Assembly (NCBI GenBank): GCA_902775985.1
Contig: CACYOR010000002.1
Location: forward strand, 21,139 to 85,138
DNA length: 64,000 nt
Source of the DNA: Oscillospiraceae bacterium
GTDB taxonomy: Bacteria; Bacillota; Clostridia; Oscillospirales; Oscillospiraceae
Reading direction: 5' to 3'
Below are positions 9,459 to 18,212 of the stretch, piece by piece. The notes under the pieces were generated by a model that ran no database searches, was not told the origin of the DNA, and worked only from the letters and a program-made list of their open reading frames with translations. Position numbers and translations under genes: made by a program. Positions within the stretch are counted from its first letter, which is position 1, and each line of letters opens with the position of its first letter.

Positions 9459-10535
9459 ATGGAAAAGATCAAGAAAGGCGTTCGCCTCGATCACATATCG
9501 AAGATCTATCAGGACCCCAAGACCGGCAAGGATTTCTATGCCGTCAAGGACACCTCTCTTACCATCGAACCCGGCTCCTTCGTGACCTTGCTGGGTCCCT
9601 CCGGCTGCGGCAAGACCACGACGCTGCGCATGATCGCCGGCTTTGAGAGCCCGGACGAGGGTGAGATCTACCTGGGGGACGAGCCCATCAACGAGCTGAC
9701 ACCCAACAAGCGCGACACCGCCATGGTGTTTCAGAGCTACGCCCTGCTCCCCCACTACAATGTCTTTGACAACGTGGCCTACGGTCTCAAGCTCCGCAAG
9801 GTCCCCAAGGAGGAGATCAAGGAGCGCGTCATGAACATCCTCGACCTGGTGGAGCTCACCGGTATGGAATCCCGCATGACCAACCAGCTCTCCGGCGGCC
9901 AGCAGCAGCGTGTGGCCCTGGCCCGCGCCCTGGTCATTGAGCCCTCGGTCCTGCTCTTTGACGAGCCGCTCAGCAACCTGGACGCCAAGCTGCGCGTCTC
10001 CATGCGCACCGAGATCCGCCGCATTCAGCAGCGCGTGGGCATTACGGCCATCTACGTCACCCATGACCAGTCTGAGGCCATGGCCCTCTCGGATCAGATC
10101 ATCGTTATGAACAAGGGCGTCGTGGCCCAGATGGGCACACCCCAGGAGATCTACTACCACCCGGTCAACGAGTTTGTGGCCGACTTCATCGGCGAAGCCA
10201 ACTTCCTCAAAGGCAAGCTGACCGAGCTCAATGGCGGCAAAGCCGTGCTCGACATTCACGGCAACCCCCTGACGGTGGAGGCCCGCGGGGATATGGAGCC
10301 CGGCAAGGAATACACCGTGGTGCTCCGTCCCGAGGCCGCGACCCTGGCCGACGAGGGCGGCATGCCCTGCGAAGTCGTGCTCTCCTGCTTCATGGGCTCC
10401 TACCAGAACTACCATGTCATGGTGGGCGATGCGCTGGTCAAGCTGGAGGAACACAACCCCAAAAACAAGCGCATCTATCAGGTGGGCGAGCACTGCCATC
10501 TGGTCTTCGACCCGGCTTCGGTCCACGTCCTGTAA
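9459..10535 (+). CDS. ABC transporter ATP-binding protein
   Basis: Walker A GPSGCGKTT, LSGGQQQRVALARAL, LLFDEPLSNLD; SD AAGGAGG. Confidence 0.92.
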   Translation: MEKIKKGVRLDHISKIYQDPKTGKDFYAVKDTSLTIEPGSFVTLLGPSGCGKTTTLRMIAGFESPDEGEIYLGDEPINELTPNKRDTAMVFQSYALLPHYNVFDNVAYGLKLRKVPKEEIKERVMNILDLVELTGMESRMTNQLSGGQQQRVALARALVIEPSVLLFDEPLSNLDAKLRVSMRTEIRRIQQRVGITAIYVTHDQSEAMALSDQIIVMNKGVVAQMGTPQEIYYHPVNEFVADFIGEANFLKGKLTELNGGKAVLDIHGNPLTVEARGDMEPGKEYTVVLRPEAATLADEGGMPCEVVLSCFMGSYQNYHVMVGDALVKLEEHNPKNKRIYQVGEHCHLVFDPASVHVL

Positions 10536-10554
10536 AGCCTGTACCCGCTTCTTT

Positions 10555-10594
10555 CAAGAGGCAGCGGAAAGCACCGCTGCCTCTTGACTTTTTT
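10555..10594 (+). terminator. intrinsic terminator after ABC operon 2
   Basis: CAAGAGGCAGCGG/CCGCTGCCTCTTG stem followed by ACTTTTTT. Confidence 0.85.
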
Positions 10595-10651
10595 CCCGGG
10601 AAAAGGGATAATGAAGCTGCCTATATACAAACTGACAGGAGGCCCTTCTTC

Positions 10652-11674
10652 ATGACTTATAACGAAATTCTCGCCGCCGCCAAAACCGAGGTTGGCCCCT
10701 ACTGCAAGGCCTGCCCGGTCTGCAACGGCAAAGCCTGCGCCAACGCCATGCCCGGCCCCGGCTGCAAATATCCCGGCAACGTTGCGGCCCGCAACTTTGA
10801 CAAGTGGCAGGAAATCTGCGTGAACATGGACACCCTGTGTCCCAACGCCGATCCCGATGTGAGCTTTGAGCTCTTTGGCCGCTCCTTTACCGCGCCTATC
10901 TTTGCCGCTCCCCTCGGCGCCATTGATCTGCACTACGGCCCAAAATACAAGGATCCCGCCTACAACAGCATCCTCATCAAGGCCGCCTATGACTACGGTC
11001 TGGCCGCCTTCTCCGGCGACGGCGTGGACCCCGCCATCATGAAGAGCGCCGTGCAGGATATGATCCAGGTGGAAGGTGTGGGCATGCCCACCATCAAGCC
11101 CTGGAACAAGGAAGCCGTGTTTGAGAAGCTGGACATTCTCAACGCCAACAAAATCTTCGCCGCCGCCATGGACGTGGACGGCGCGGGTCTCCCCTTCCTG
11201 AAGGCCATGAACCCCAACGCAGGCAGCAAGTCTGTCGACGAGATGAAAGAGATCATCGACTACGCCGAGATGCCCTTTATCATCAAGGGCATCATGACCC
11301 CCAATGGAGCTCGCAAGGCTGTCGAGGCCGGGGCCGCCGCCATCGTAGTCTCCAATCACGGCGGGCGTGTACAGGGCGGCGTTCCCTCCACGGCGGAGGT
11401 TCTGCCCTCCATCGTCGAGGCCGTCAAGGGCCAGACCGTGATCTTTGTCGACGGCGGCATCCGCTCCGGTGTGGACGTGTTCCGCGCTCTGGCTCTGGGC
11501 GCCGACGCCGTGCTGATCGGCCGTCCGATCCTGCCGCTGGTCTATGCCGCGGGGGCCGAGGGCTTTAAGGTCTACATGGACAAGATCATCGGTGAACTCA
11601 AGTCCACCATGACCATGTGCGGCGCCGCCACGCTCAAGGATATCACCCGCGACAAGGTGTGGCTGGATAAGTAG
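10652..11674 (+). CDS. FMN-dependent alpha-hydroxy-acid dehydrogenase/oxidase family protein
   Basis: 340 aa; TIM-barrel FMN motifs incl. VVSNHGGRV and DGGIRSG; unusual N-terminal Cys cluster CKACPVCNGKAC. Confidence 0.85.
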   Translation: MTYNEILAAAKTEVGPYCKACPVCNGKACANAMPGPGCKYPGNVAARNFDKWQEICVNMDTLCPNADPDVSFELFGRSFTAPIFAAPLGAIDLHYGPKYKDPAYNSILIKAAYDYGLAAFSGDGVDPAIMKSAVQDMIQVEGVGMPTIKPWNKEAVFEKLDILNANKIFAAAMDVDGAGLPFLKAMNPNAGSKSVDEMKEIIDYAEMPFIIKGIMTPNGARKAVEAGAAAIVVSNHGGRVQGGVPSTAEVLPSIVEAVKGQTVIFVDGGIRSGVDVFRALALGADAVLIGRPILPLVYAAGAEGFKVYMDKIIGELKSTMTMCGAATLKDITRDKVWLDK

Positions 11675-11690
11675 TATTTCTCCTGTGTGT

Positions 11691-11720
11691 GGGCGCTGCA
11701 GAAGCAGCGCCCGCTTTTTT
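11691..11720 (+). terminator. intrinsic terminator
   Basis: GGGCGCTGC/GCAGCGCCC stem then GCTTTTTTG. Confidence 0.85.
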
Positions 11721-11804
11721 GATTCAGCCTCCCTTTTCAAAGCTCTTGCGAAACGGGGAAACTTGTCATATAATATAGGCTGAATTTTTTCTGCGGAGGC
11801 GGGC

Positions 11805-13379
11805 ATGAAGAAAAGCATCCAAGGCCTTGGGGCTCTGTTGCTGGCGCTGATCCTGATTCTGGGAGGCTGTCTATGGTTTGCCCGGCAGAAATCGGGCCTG
11901 TTTATCGACGAGATCTATACCTATGGTCTCTCCAACAGTCATTACGCCCCCTTCCTCAACGACATGACCGGCGGCAGCCTGGAGGGCGCCACGCTCACCC
12001 GGCAGCAGCTGATGGACTATCTGGTGGTCAACGACGGGGAGAGCCTGGATTTTGCCTCCGTCTACTATAATCAGGTGCACGACGTCCATCCTCCCCTGTA
12101 CTACTGGCTGATGAACATCGCTTGTTCCCTGACGCCCAATGTGTTCAGCTACTGGTCTGGCCTGATCCTGAATCTGATTCTCTATCTGCTGACAGCCGTT
12201 TTGCTCTATGCCCTTTCCTTCACCCTGTTTGAGGACCGTCTGAACGCGGCGCTGGCCGCCCTGCTCTACGGTCTGAGCGCCCTGGGCCTCTCCACCATGC
12301 TGATGATCCGCATGTATGTGCTGATGGCCCTGCTGACCGTTCAGTTGGCTTTGATCCTGGCCCGGATGATCCGTGAGCCCCGGCCCATCCACTATCTGCT
12401 CTTTGCCCTTACCCTGTTTCTGGGCCTGATGACCCAGTATTACTTCGTGTTCTACGCCTTTTTCCTCTGCCTGGGCTACGGCCTCTGGCGTCTGGCGAGG
12501 CGGGAGTGGAAACAGGCCTTTGCCTTTGCCCTCTGCGCTTTTGCCGGCGTTGGTCTTCTGCTGCTCGCCTTCCCGGCCTGTCTGGACCATCTCTTTGCCG
12601 AGAAGATGGTCTCCGGCGGGAACGCTGTGGAGAACCTGCTGGACAGCAGCCAGTATGCCTGGCGTCTGGGCAGCTTCTTCCGGTCCATCGTCCACGGCAT
12701 GCACGGGGCCATTTTTTCCGCCGCCCTTGTTTTCCTGGCGCTGATCGCCTCGCTGCTGAAAAAGGGCGCAAAGCTTCGCTTCCCCGCTCTGTCGCTGCTT
12801 GTTCTGCTTCCCGCTGTCCCCACGCTGCTGCTGGTGGCTATCATCTCGCCCGTGGTAGAAATCCGCTATGTTTACAACCTGGTGCCGATTCTGGCGCTCT
12901 GGGTCAGTCTGCTGATTTCTCTGCTCTGGCAGGCTTCTCTTTTCCGGAAACGCACGCCCCGTCTCCTGCTCGCGCTGCTTGTGGTGCTGATCGCCCTCTG
13001 GCAGGGCCGCGCCGTCCCGCCCGATTATCTCTATATCGAGTATCGGGATTTTGATGCCATCGCCGCCGAACACAGCGATGCCCCCTGTGTCTACCTGGAC
13101 GACAACTACTTCGCCCCCATCACCGAGGATATCCAGCAGCTTTTGTACTTTGACGATGTCTTCGTCACTGCCGATCCGGATTCCGCCGCTCTGGATGACT
13201 ATCTGGCCCGCTATGCCGATTCCGAAGAGGCCGTTGTCTACGTGGATATCAGCAAGTTCTGGTCCAGCGGCTTCGATCCGGAGGAGATTCTCCCCCGGCT
13301 CCTGGAGAGCACGGAGTTTGGCGCCTGGAAACCTCTTTACACCACCGGCTTATCGCAGACCTTCCTGCTTACGAAATAA
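11805..13379 (+). CDS. polytopic membrane glycosyltransferase, GT-C fold (GT39/ArnT-like)
   Basis: 524 aa, about 11-12 predicted TM helices followed by a soluble C-terminal domain; early DEIYTYG acidic motif as in GT-C enzymes; directly upstream of GtrB/GtrA-like genes. Confidence 0.65.
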   Translation: MKKSIQGLGALLLALILILGGCLWFARQKSGLFIDEIYTYGLSNSHYAPFLNDMTGGSLEGATLTRQQLMDYLVVNDGESLDFASVYYNQVHDVHPPLYYWLMNIACSLTPNVFSYWSGLILNLILYLLTAVLLYALSFTLFEDRLNAALAALLYGLSALGLSTMLMIRMYVLMALLTVQLALILARMIREPRPIHYLLFALTLFLGLMTQYYFVFYAFFLCLGYGLWRLARREWKQAFAFALCAFAGVGLLLLAFPACLDHLFAEKMVSGGNAVENLLDSSQYAWRLGSFFRSIVHGMHGAIFSAALVFLALIASLLKKGAKLRFPALSLLVLLPAVPTLLLVAIISPVVEIRYVYNLVPILALWVSLLISLLWQASLFRKRTPRLLLALLVVLIALWQGRAVPPDYLYIEYRDFDAIAAEHSDAPCVYLDDNYFAPITEDIQQLLYFDDVFVTADPDSAALDDYLARYADSEEAVVYVDISKFWSSGFDPEEILPRLLESTEFGAWKPLYTTGLSQTFLLTK

Positions 13380-13400
13380 ACATACGCGAGGAAAACACCT

Positions 13401-14327
13401 ATGTTATCTGTCATTCTCCCCTCCTATAACGAGGAAAAAATGATCCCTGTCGCCGCCGAGACCATCACCGGGATTCTCGACGAGGCCGGGATCGACCATG
13501 AGCTTCTCTTTGTGGACGACGGCTCCAAGGATCAGACCTGGAACGAGATCCAGCGTGTCTCCACGCTCAATTCCCATGTGGTCGGCGTGCATTTCAGCCG
13601 GAATTTTGGCAAAGAGGCCGCCATGTTCGCCGGGCTCGAGACTGCGAAGGGCGACTGCTGCGTCGTGCTTGACTGCGATCTGCAGCACCCGCCCGAGAAG
13701 ATCGTGGAGATGTACCGCCTCTGGGAACAGGGATATGAGGTCGTCGAGGGCATCAAAGAGGACCGGGGTGAGGAGTCCGGTTTTCACAAGTTCGCCGCCA
13801 ACAGCTTCTATGCTCTGATCAGCAAGGCCACCGGCATGGACATGGCCGCCTCCTCCGACTTTAAGCTCCTCGACCGCAAGGTGGTGGATACGCTCAACAA
13901 GATGCCGGAGCGCAACGTCTTTTTCCGGGCACTGAGCTTTTGGGTCGGCTTCAAAAAGACCGAAGTCAGCTACTGCGTGCGGGAGCGCACCGTAGGTGAG
14001 AGCAAGTGGAGCACCAAGTCCCTCATCAAGTACGCCATCAACAACATCGGCTCCTTCTCCTCCCTGCCCCTGCATCTGGTCATCGGCATGGGGGTTATCA
14101 TGCTGCTGATCGCCGTGATCTTTGGCATCGTCGCTCTGGTGCAGAAGATCGCCGGCACCGCCCTGGGCGGCTTCACCACGGTCATCCTCCTGCTGCTCTT
14201 CTCCAGCAGTCTCATCATGATCTCCCTCGGCATCATCGGCTATTATATTGCCCGCATCTATGAGGAGATCAAGGGCCGCCCGCGCTATATCATTTCCCGC
14301 ATCTGCGGGAGAGAGGACACGAAATGA
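13401..14327 (+). CDS. GT2 polyprenyl-phosphate glycosyltransferase (GtrB/CsbB/ArnC-like)
   Basis: 308 aa; ILPSYNEE, DDGSKD, DCDLQHPP (DxD) motifs and two C-terminal TM helices. Confidence 0.88.
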   Translation: MLSVILPSYNEEKMIPVAAETITGILDEAGIDHELLFVDDGSKDQTWNEIQRVSTLNSHVVGVHFSRNFGKEAAMFAGLETAKGDCCVVLDCDLQHPPEKIVEMYRLWEQGYEVVEGIKEDRGEESGFHKFAANSFYALISKATGMDMAASSDFKLLDRKVVDTLNKMPERNVFFRALSFWVGFKKTEVSYCVRERTVGESKWSTKSLIKYAINNIGSFSSLPLHLVIGMGVIMLLIAVIFGIVALVQKIAGTALGGFTTVILLLLFSSSLIMISLGIIGYYIARIYEEIKGRPRYIISRICGREDTK

Positions 14328-14755
14328 TTGAAAAAATCAAACAACTCTGCATCAAGCACCGGGAGATTCTGGTCTATCTGATCGTCGGCGGACTCACCAC
14401 CCTGGTCTCCTGGGCCGCCAAATTTCTGTGGAACTTCGCCTTTTATGGCGGTACAGCCTATCCGACGAGCCTGCAGAACACCGTCCTCTCCGTTGTCAAC
14501 TGGGTCGCCGGCGTGGCCTTCGCCTATCCCACCAACCGTAAATGGGTGTTCCAGAGCCGCAACCCGAACATTCTCTCCGAGGCCAGCGGCTTTGTGGCCT
14601 CCCGCCTCGCCACGCTGGGGATCGACTGGGCCGTCATGCAGATCCTGGTCAATGTCCTCGGCATCAACGTTTTTGTCGGGACGGTGATCTCTGCCGTTCT
14701 TGTTGTCATCGGCAACTATGTGTTCAGCAAACTCTTTGTCTTCAAGAAGAAATAA
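14324..14755 (+). CDS. GtrA family membrane protein (lipid-linked sugar flippase candidate)
   Basis: 143 aa, four TM helices, GtrA-like sequence (YLIVGGLTTLVSW...); ATGA overlap with GT2 gene. Confidence 0.85.
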   Translation: MIEKIKQLCIKHREILVYLIVGGLTTLVSWAAKFLWNFAFYGGTAYPTSLQNTVLSVVNWVAGVAFAYPTNRKWVFQSRNPNILSEASGFVASRLATLGIDWAVMQILVNVLGINVFVGTVISAVLVVIGNYVFSKLFVFKKK

Positions 14756-14767
14756 GATCACATCTAT

Positions 14768-14812
14768 AGCGAAAGGGCGGATGCCAAAGCACCCGCCCTT
14801 TCGCTGTTTATT
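14768..14812. terminator. bidirectional terminator between convergent operons
   Basis: AGCGAAAGGGCGG/CCGCCCTTTCGCT stem with T-rich flank (GTTTATTT). Confidence 0.75.
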
Positions 14813-16029
14813 TAGTAAATCAATCCGTATTGCTCAGCCAGCGGCTGCAGTTTTGCTTCCGGCAGCGCTCCCTCATACAGCGCCCGTCCCTGATACAGAC
14901 GCAGCGCCTGCTCCAGAAGCCCCGCGTCCTCACAGACCAGGCACAGGGGCTTGCCGATCATGTGCTGGCAGTCGGCAAAGGTATCTAACGCCGCCGCCTC
15001 CCGGATTTGCAGGGCGATCACCGGTCGGTTCTCCTCCATGGCATCCTCCAGGCGGCTCTCCAGTTCATCGTCGCAGGGCAGCACCTCCCCGATCGGCGTG
15101 TCAGGCGGGAGAAAGAAACACTCCTTCTCCGTGGCACAGGGGAGCTGATCGGCAAAGCGGGGCGCCGGTGCCCGCAGGTTTAGGGCCCGCGTCCCCTCGG
15201 CCAGGGCCCGGATATGGGCCGCCTCCGTGCCGCAGCAGCCGCCGAAGATGCCGACGCCTGCCGCCGCCATCTCGTTTAGGCAGGCGGTGAAATCCTCGGG
15301 CAGGCAGTCATAGACCGTCTCGCCGTCCCGGATCTCCGGGATGCCCGCGTTGGGCTTTGCGATCAGCGGGACACGGCTGATCTCCCCCAAACGCTTGAGC
15401 TGCACCGTCAGTTCCTTCGGCCCAACCGAGCAGTTGAGGCCAAAGGCGTCCACGCCCATGCCCTGCAGGATCTGCAGCACCGCCGTCACGTCCGATCCGG
15501 TCAGCGTGCGGCCTTTTTCGTCACAGGTGAAGCTGACGAACACCGGTTTATCGCTCATAGATTTGACCGCAAGAACTGCCGCGCGGGCCTCCGCCACGGT
15601 CATCATCGTCTCGATCACAAAGAGGTCCACCCCGGCAGCCTCCAGGGCCGCGGCCTGTTCGGTGTATATCTCCACCAGTTCCTCAAAGCTCGTCTCTCCC
15701 AGAGGATAGAGCATCAGCCCGGTGGGGGCCATATCCCCGGCCACCCAGGCTTTTCCTCCAGCCGCCTCCCGGCTGAGGGCCACCAGGCGACGATTATAGT
15801 CTTCCACCTTATTGAAGATGCCATGGGCCTCCAGCTTCACCCGGTTAGCCCCGAAGGTCGGCGCGTAGAGAATACGGCTGCCCGCTTCCACATAGCCGCG
15901 CTGGATGGTCAGAAGACTCTCCGGATTCGCCAGGATCCACCTCTCCGCGCAGTCCGTGCCGTCATAGCCGCGCTTTTGCAGCTGCGTGCCCGTCGCGCCG
16001 TCCAGTATCAGGGGAAAGTTCAGTTCCAT
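14812..16029 (-). CDS. homocysteine S-methyltransferase family protein (zinc thiol methyltransferase) with about 110-aa C-terminal extension
   Basis: 405 aa; N-terminal LILDGATGTQL, zinc ligands in LNCSVGP and GGCCGTEAAHI (GGCCG motif as in the MetH Hcy domain). Confidence 0.85.
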   Translation of the reverse strand: MELNFPLILDGATGTQLQKRGYDGTDCAERWILANPESLLTIQRGYVEAGSRILYAPTFGANRVKLEAHGIFNKVEDYNRRLVALSREAAGGKAWVAGDMAPTGLMLYPLGETSFEELVEIYTEQAAALEAAGVDLFVIETMMTVAEARAAVLAVKSMSDKPVFVSFTCDEKGRTLTGSDVTAVLQILQGMGVDAFGLNCSVGPKELTVQLKRLGEISRVPLIAKPNAGIPEIRDGETVYDCLPEDFTACLNEMAAAGVGIFGGCCGTEAAHIRALAEGTRALNLRAPAPRFADQLPCATEKECFFLPPDTPIGEVLPCDDELESRLEDAMEENRPVIALQIREAAALDTFADCQHMIGKPLCLVCEDAGLLEQALRLYQGRALYEGALPEAKLQPLAEQYGLIY

Positions 16030-17534
16030 TCGTCCTCATCCTCCTCGTAAAAGTACATCTGTTCGGGGTATTCCCGGTTAAATTCCGCGTTGCCGGAGAG
16101 TTCCAGATAACGGCAGGCCTGCCGGATCTCATGAAGCTTGGCCCGGCATTCCGTATTCAACAGCGCCATCCGCGCCCCGGCGAGAGAGCTGTTTTGCAGC
16201 AAAACGGTTTTCTCGACGAGTGCCTGGGGCAGCATGCCGATGGCCGCCGCGCTCTGCACGTCCATATACGTGCCGAAGCCGCCTGCGAGATAGAGATGCT
16301 CCACATCCTCCAGGCGCATGCCCGCCTCTTTCATCAATACCCGGATCCCGGCCGCCACCGCCGCCTTGGCCAGCTGCAGCTGCCGCACATCTTTTGCCGT
16401 GAGAAACAGGCGTTGATCCTCCGTCAGATAAAAGACTCCGTTGCCGTTGTCATCCTCGCCCAGCCAGGCCTCAAAGCCCTCCGGGGCCTCCTCCGGACCC
16501 AGCAGCAGGCCGGAAGCGCTGATCACCCGCTTTTCGCACAGCAGCGCCAGCAGGTCGATCAGGCCCGAGCCGCAGATCCCGATCGGCTCTCCGCCACCGA
16601 TCACCGTGAGCTCCGGGCCGCTATCCGTCCAGCGCACATGGCTGACCGCGCCGGTTGTACCCGCCATGCCGCAGCGGATCCCCACGCCCTCAAACGCCGG
16701 GCCGGAGGCCACCGCGCAGCAGAGAAAGCCCTCTTTTCCGCCCAGGGCCATCTCGCCGTTGGTGCCGATATCCAGAAACAGAGAACGCTCCTCCCGCTCC
16801 GGCAGGCCGCTGGCCAGCAGTCCCGCCGTGATATCGCCGCCCACATAGCCGGCCACGCAGGGCGCATAAAAGAGGCCTTCCTCCGGGCTTTTCTCGGTAA
16901 ACAAGGTCGTCGGTCGAAAGGGCGCCACGGCGATCCCCGCCGGGGAGAGCCCTGCGTGGAGATGCTGCATCACGGTGTTGCCCGCAATGACCGTCTCCCG
17001 TAAATCCTCGGCCCTGACTCCCAGTTCTTTCAGCATGTCCTGCAATTGCCTGAGAAGCCGTGTTTGAAGTTCCGCAAGGCCGTCGGGATGCTCCATACCG
17101 TACTGGCAGCGGCTAATCACATCCGCGCCGTAAGGGGCCAGTGCGTTCCAGGCGCTGGCTATTCCCAGGGAATGCCCGTTTGAGAGATCCAAAAGCTCCA
17201 GCACGACCGTGGTTGTTCCCAAATCGACCGCCGCCCCGAGGCCCTGACGCCCGGGCGTGATGCTTGGCTTCGCTCCGCTCTCCCCCAGGATCGCACCGCC
17301 GCGGTGCTGCGGCACGGTCAGGACGCCGCTTCTCGGCGCCGGAGTCTGGCAGGCCAGAACCTCCCGCTCTCCGGTGCCGTCCGCGAGATGCACGCGGCAG
17401 CGGCCGCAGGTGCCCGCCCCGCCGCAGGGCGCCGCAAAGGGAATCCCCGCGCGGCGCAGCAGCTCCAGCAGCGTTTCTCCCTCCTGAGGCGCGATATTCA
17501 GGCTGTGCTCCTCGGTTCGAATTTGGATACCCAT
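16020..17534 (-). CDS. corrinoid reductive activator (RACE-type: N-terminal 2Fe-2S ferredoxin + ASKHA ATPase domain)
   Basis: CGGAGTCGRCRV plant-type ferredoxin motif then ASKHA-fold region (DLGTTTV, DIGTNGE); start placed at MGIQIRTEE (ORF opens at 17597 without SD); 10-nt overlap with downstream gene. Confidence 0.8.
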   Translation of the reverse strand: MGIQIRTEEHSLNIAPQEGETLLELLRRAGIPFAAPCGGAGTCGRCRVHLADGTGEREVLACQTPAPRSGVLTVPQHRGGAILGESGAKPSITPGRQGLGAAVDLGTTTVVLELLDLSNGHSLGIASAWNALAPYGADVISRCQYGMEHPDGLAELQTRLLRQLQDMLKELGVRAEDLRETVIAGNTVMQHLHAGLSPAGIAVAPFRPTTLFTEKSPEEGLFYAPCVAGYVGGDITAGLLASGLPEREERSLFLDIGTNGEMALGGKEGFLCCAVASGPAFEGVGIRCGMAGTTGAVSHVRWTDSGPELTVIGGGEPIGICGSGLIDLLALLCEKRVISASGLLLGPEEAPEGFEAWLGEDDNGNGVFYLTEDQRLFLTAKDVRQLQLAKAAVAAGIRVLMKEAGMRLEDVEHLYLAGGFGTYMDVQSAAAIGMLPQALVEKTVLLQNSSLAGARMALLNTECRAKLHEIRQACRYLELSGNAEFNREYPEQMYFYEEDEDEWN

Positions 17535-17666
17535 GATCGTCTTCGCCCGTTGACACCGGGCTTTTCCTTTTGTATAATTGGTAAAAAATGCATACACAAA
17601 GTATACTATCCGGCCGGCATGGCTTTGTCAACGGATTTTTTCATGTGATACGAGGGAGGCGAAAGC

Positions 17667-18212
17667 ATGGCGGATGCAAGGGAACTGGCCCGCGAGCTGG
17701 GCTTTTCCCGCAGCGCGTGGATGGACCTCTCCCTCCTGCGCGTCTACCCCGAGGTGCGGGAGATATGCGCCGCGGGTCGCTGTCAGCGCTATGAGCACAG
17801 CTGGAGCTGTCCGCCCGCCTGCGGCAGCCTGGAACACTGTGCAAGGCGGATGGCCGCCTATGACCGTGGGCTTCTGGTGCAGACCACGGCGCAGTTGGAG
17901 GACGACTTTGACGCCGAGGGGATCGCCGCCGCCCAGACTCTGCACAAAATGCGTTTTGAGGCGCTGGCCCGGCAGCTTCGCCAACTGCAGCCCGACTGTC
18001 TTCCTCTGACCGCCGGCACCTGCACGCTTTGTCGGCGCTGCACCTATCCCGAGCGCCCCTGCCGTTTTCCCGGGAAACGTCTCTCCTCCATGGAGGCCTA
18101 CGGGCTGCTGGTCAGCGAGGTCTGCCAGCAGGCAGGGCTCCCCTATTACTACGGCCCGAAAACCATCACCTATTCCTCCTGCATCCTCATGAAAGAAGGG
18201 ATCCACACATGA
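17667..18212 (+). CDS. DUF2284 family Cys-rich metal-binding protein
   Basis: 181 aa with CxxxxC / CPPAC / CTLCRRC clusters typical of DUF2284, which accompanies corrinoid methyltransferase genes. Confidence 0.72.
   Translation: MADARELARELGFSRSAWMDLSLLRVYPEVREICAAGRCQRYEHSWSCPPACGSLEHCARRMAAYDRGLLVQTTAQLEDDFDAEGIAAAQTLHKMRFEALARQLRQLQPDCLPLTAGTCTLCRRCTYPERPCRFPGKRLSSMEAYGLLVSEVCQQAGLPYYYGPKTITYSSCILMKEGIHT

Noticed and set aside
6567-10526. A 1319-aa ORF on the minus strand spanning the whole second ABC operon.
   Set aside because: It is antisense to three well-supported genes that have canonical motifs. Its translation is low-complexity (G/A/D/H/Q/L runs) with no recognisable domain, and no SD is present. 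It is a typical stop-codon-poor antisense frame in high-GC DNA. The same reasoning applies to 26-1189, 1186-2622, 18170-19990, 21836-23272, 23838-25259, 39428-41332, 41260-43311, 47933-50101, 58948-60684 and 61438-62544.
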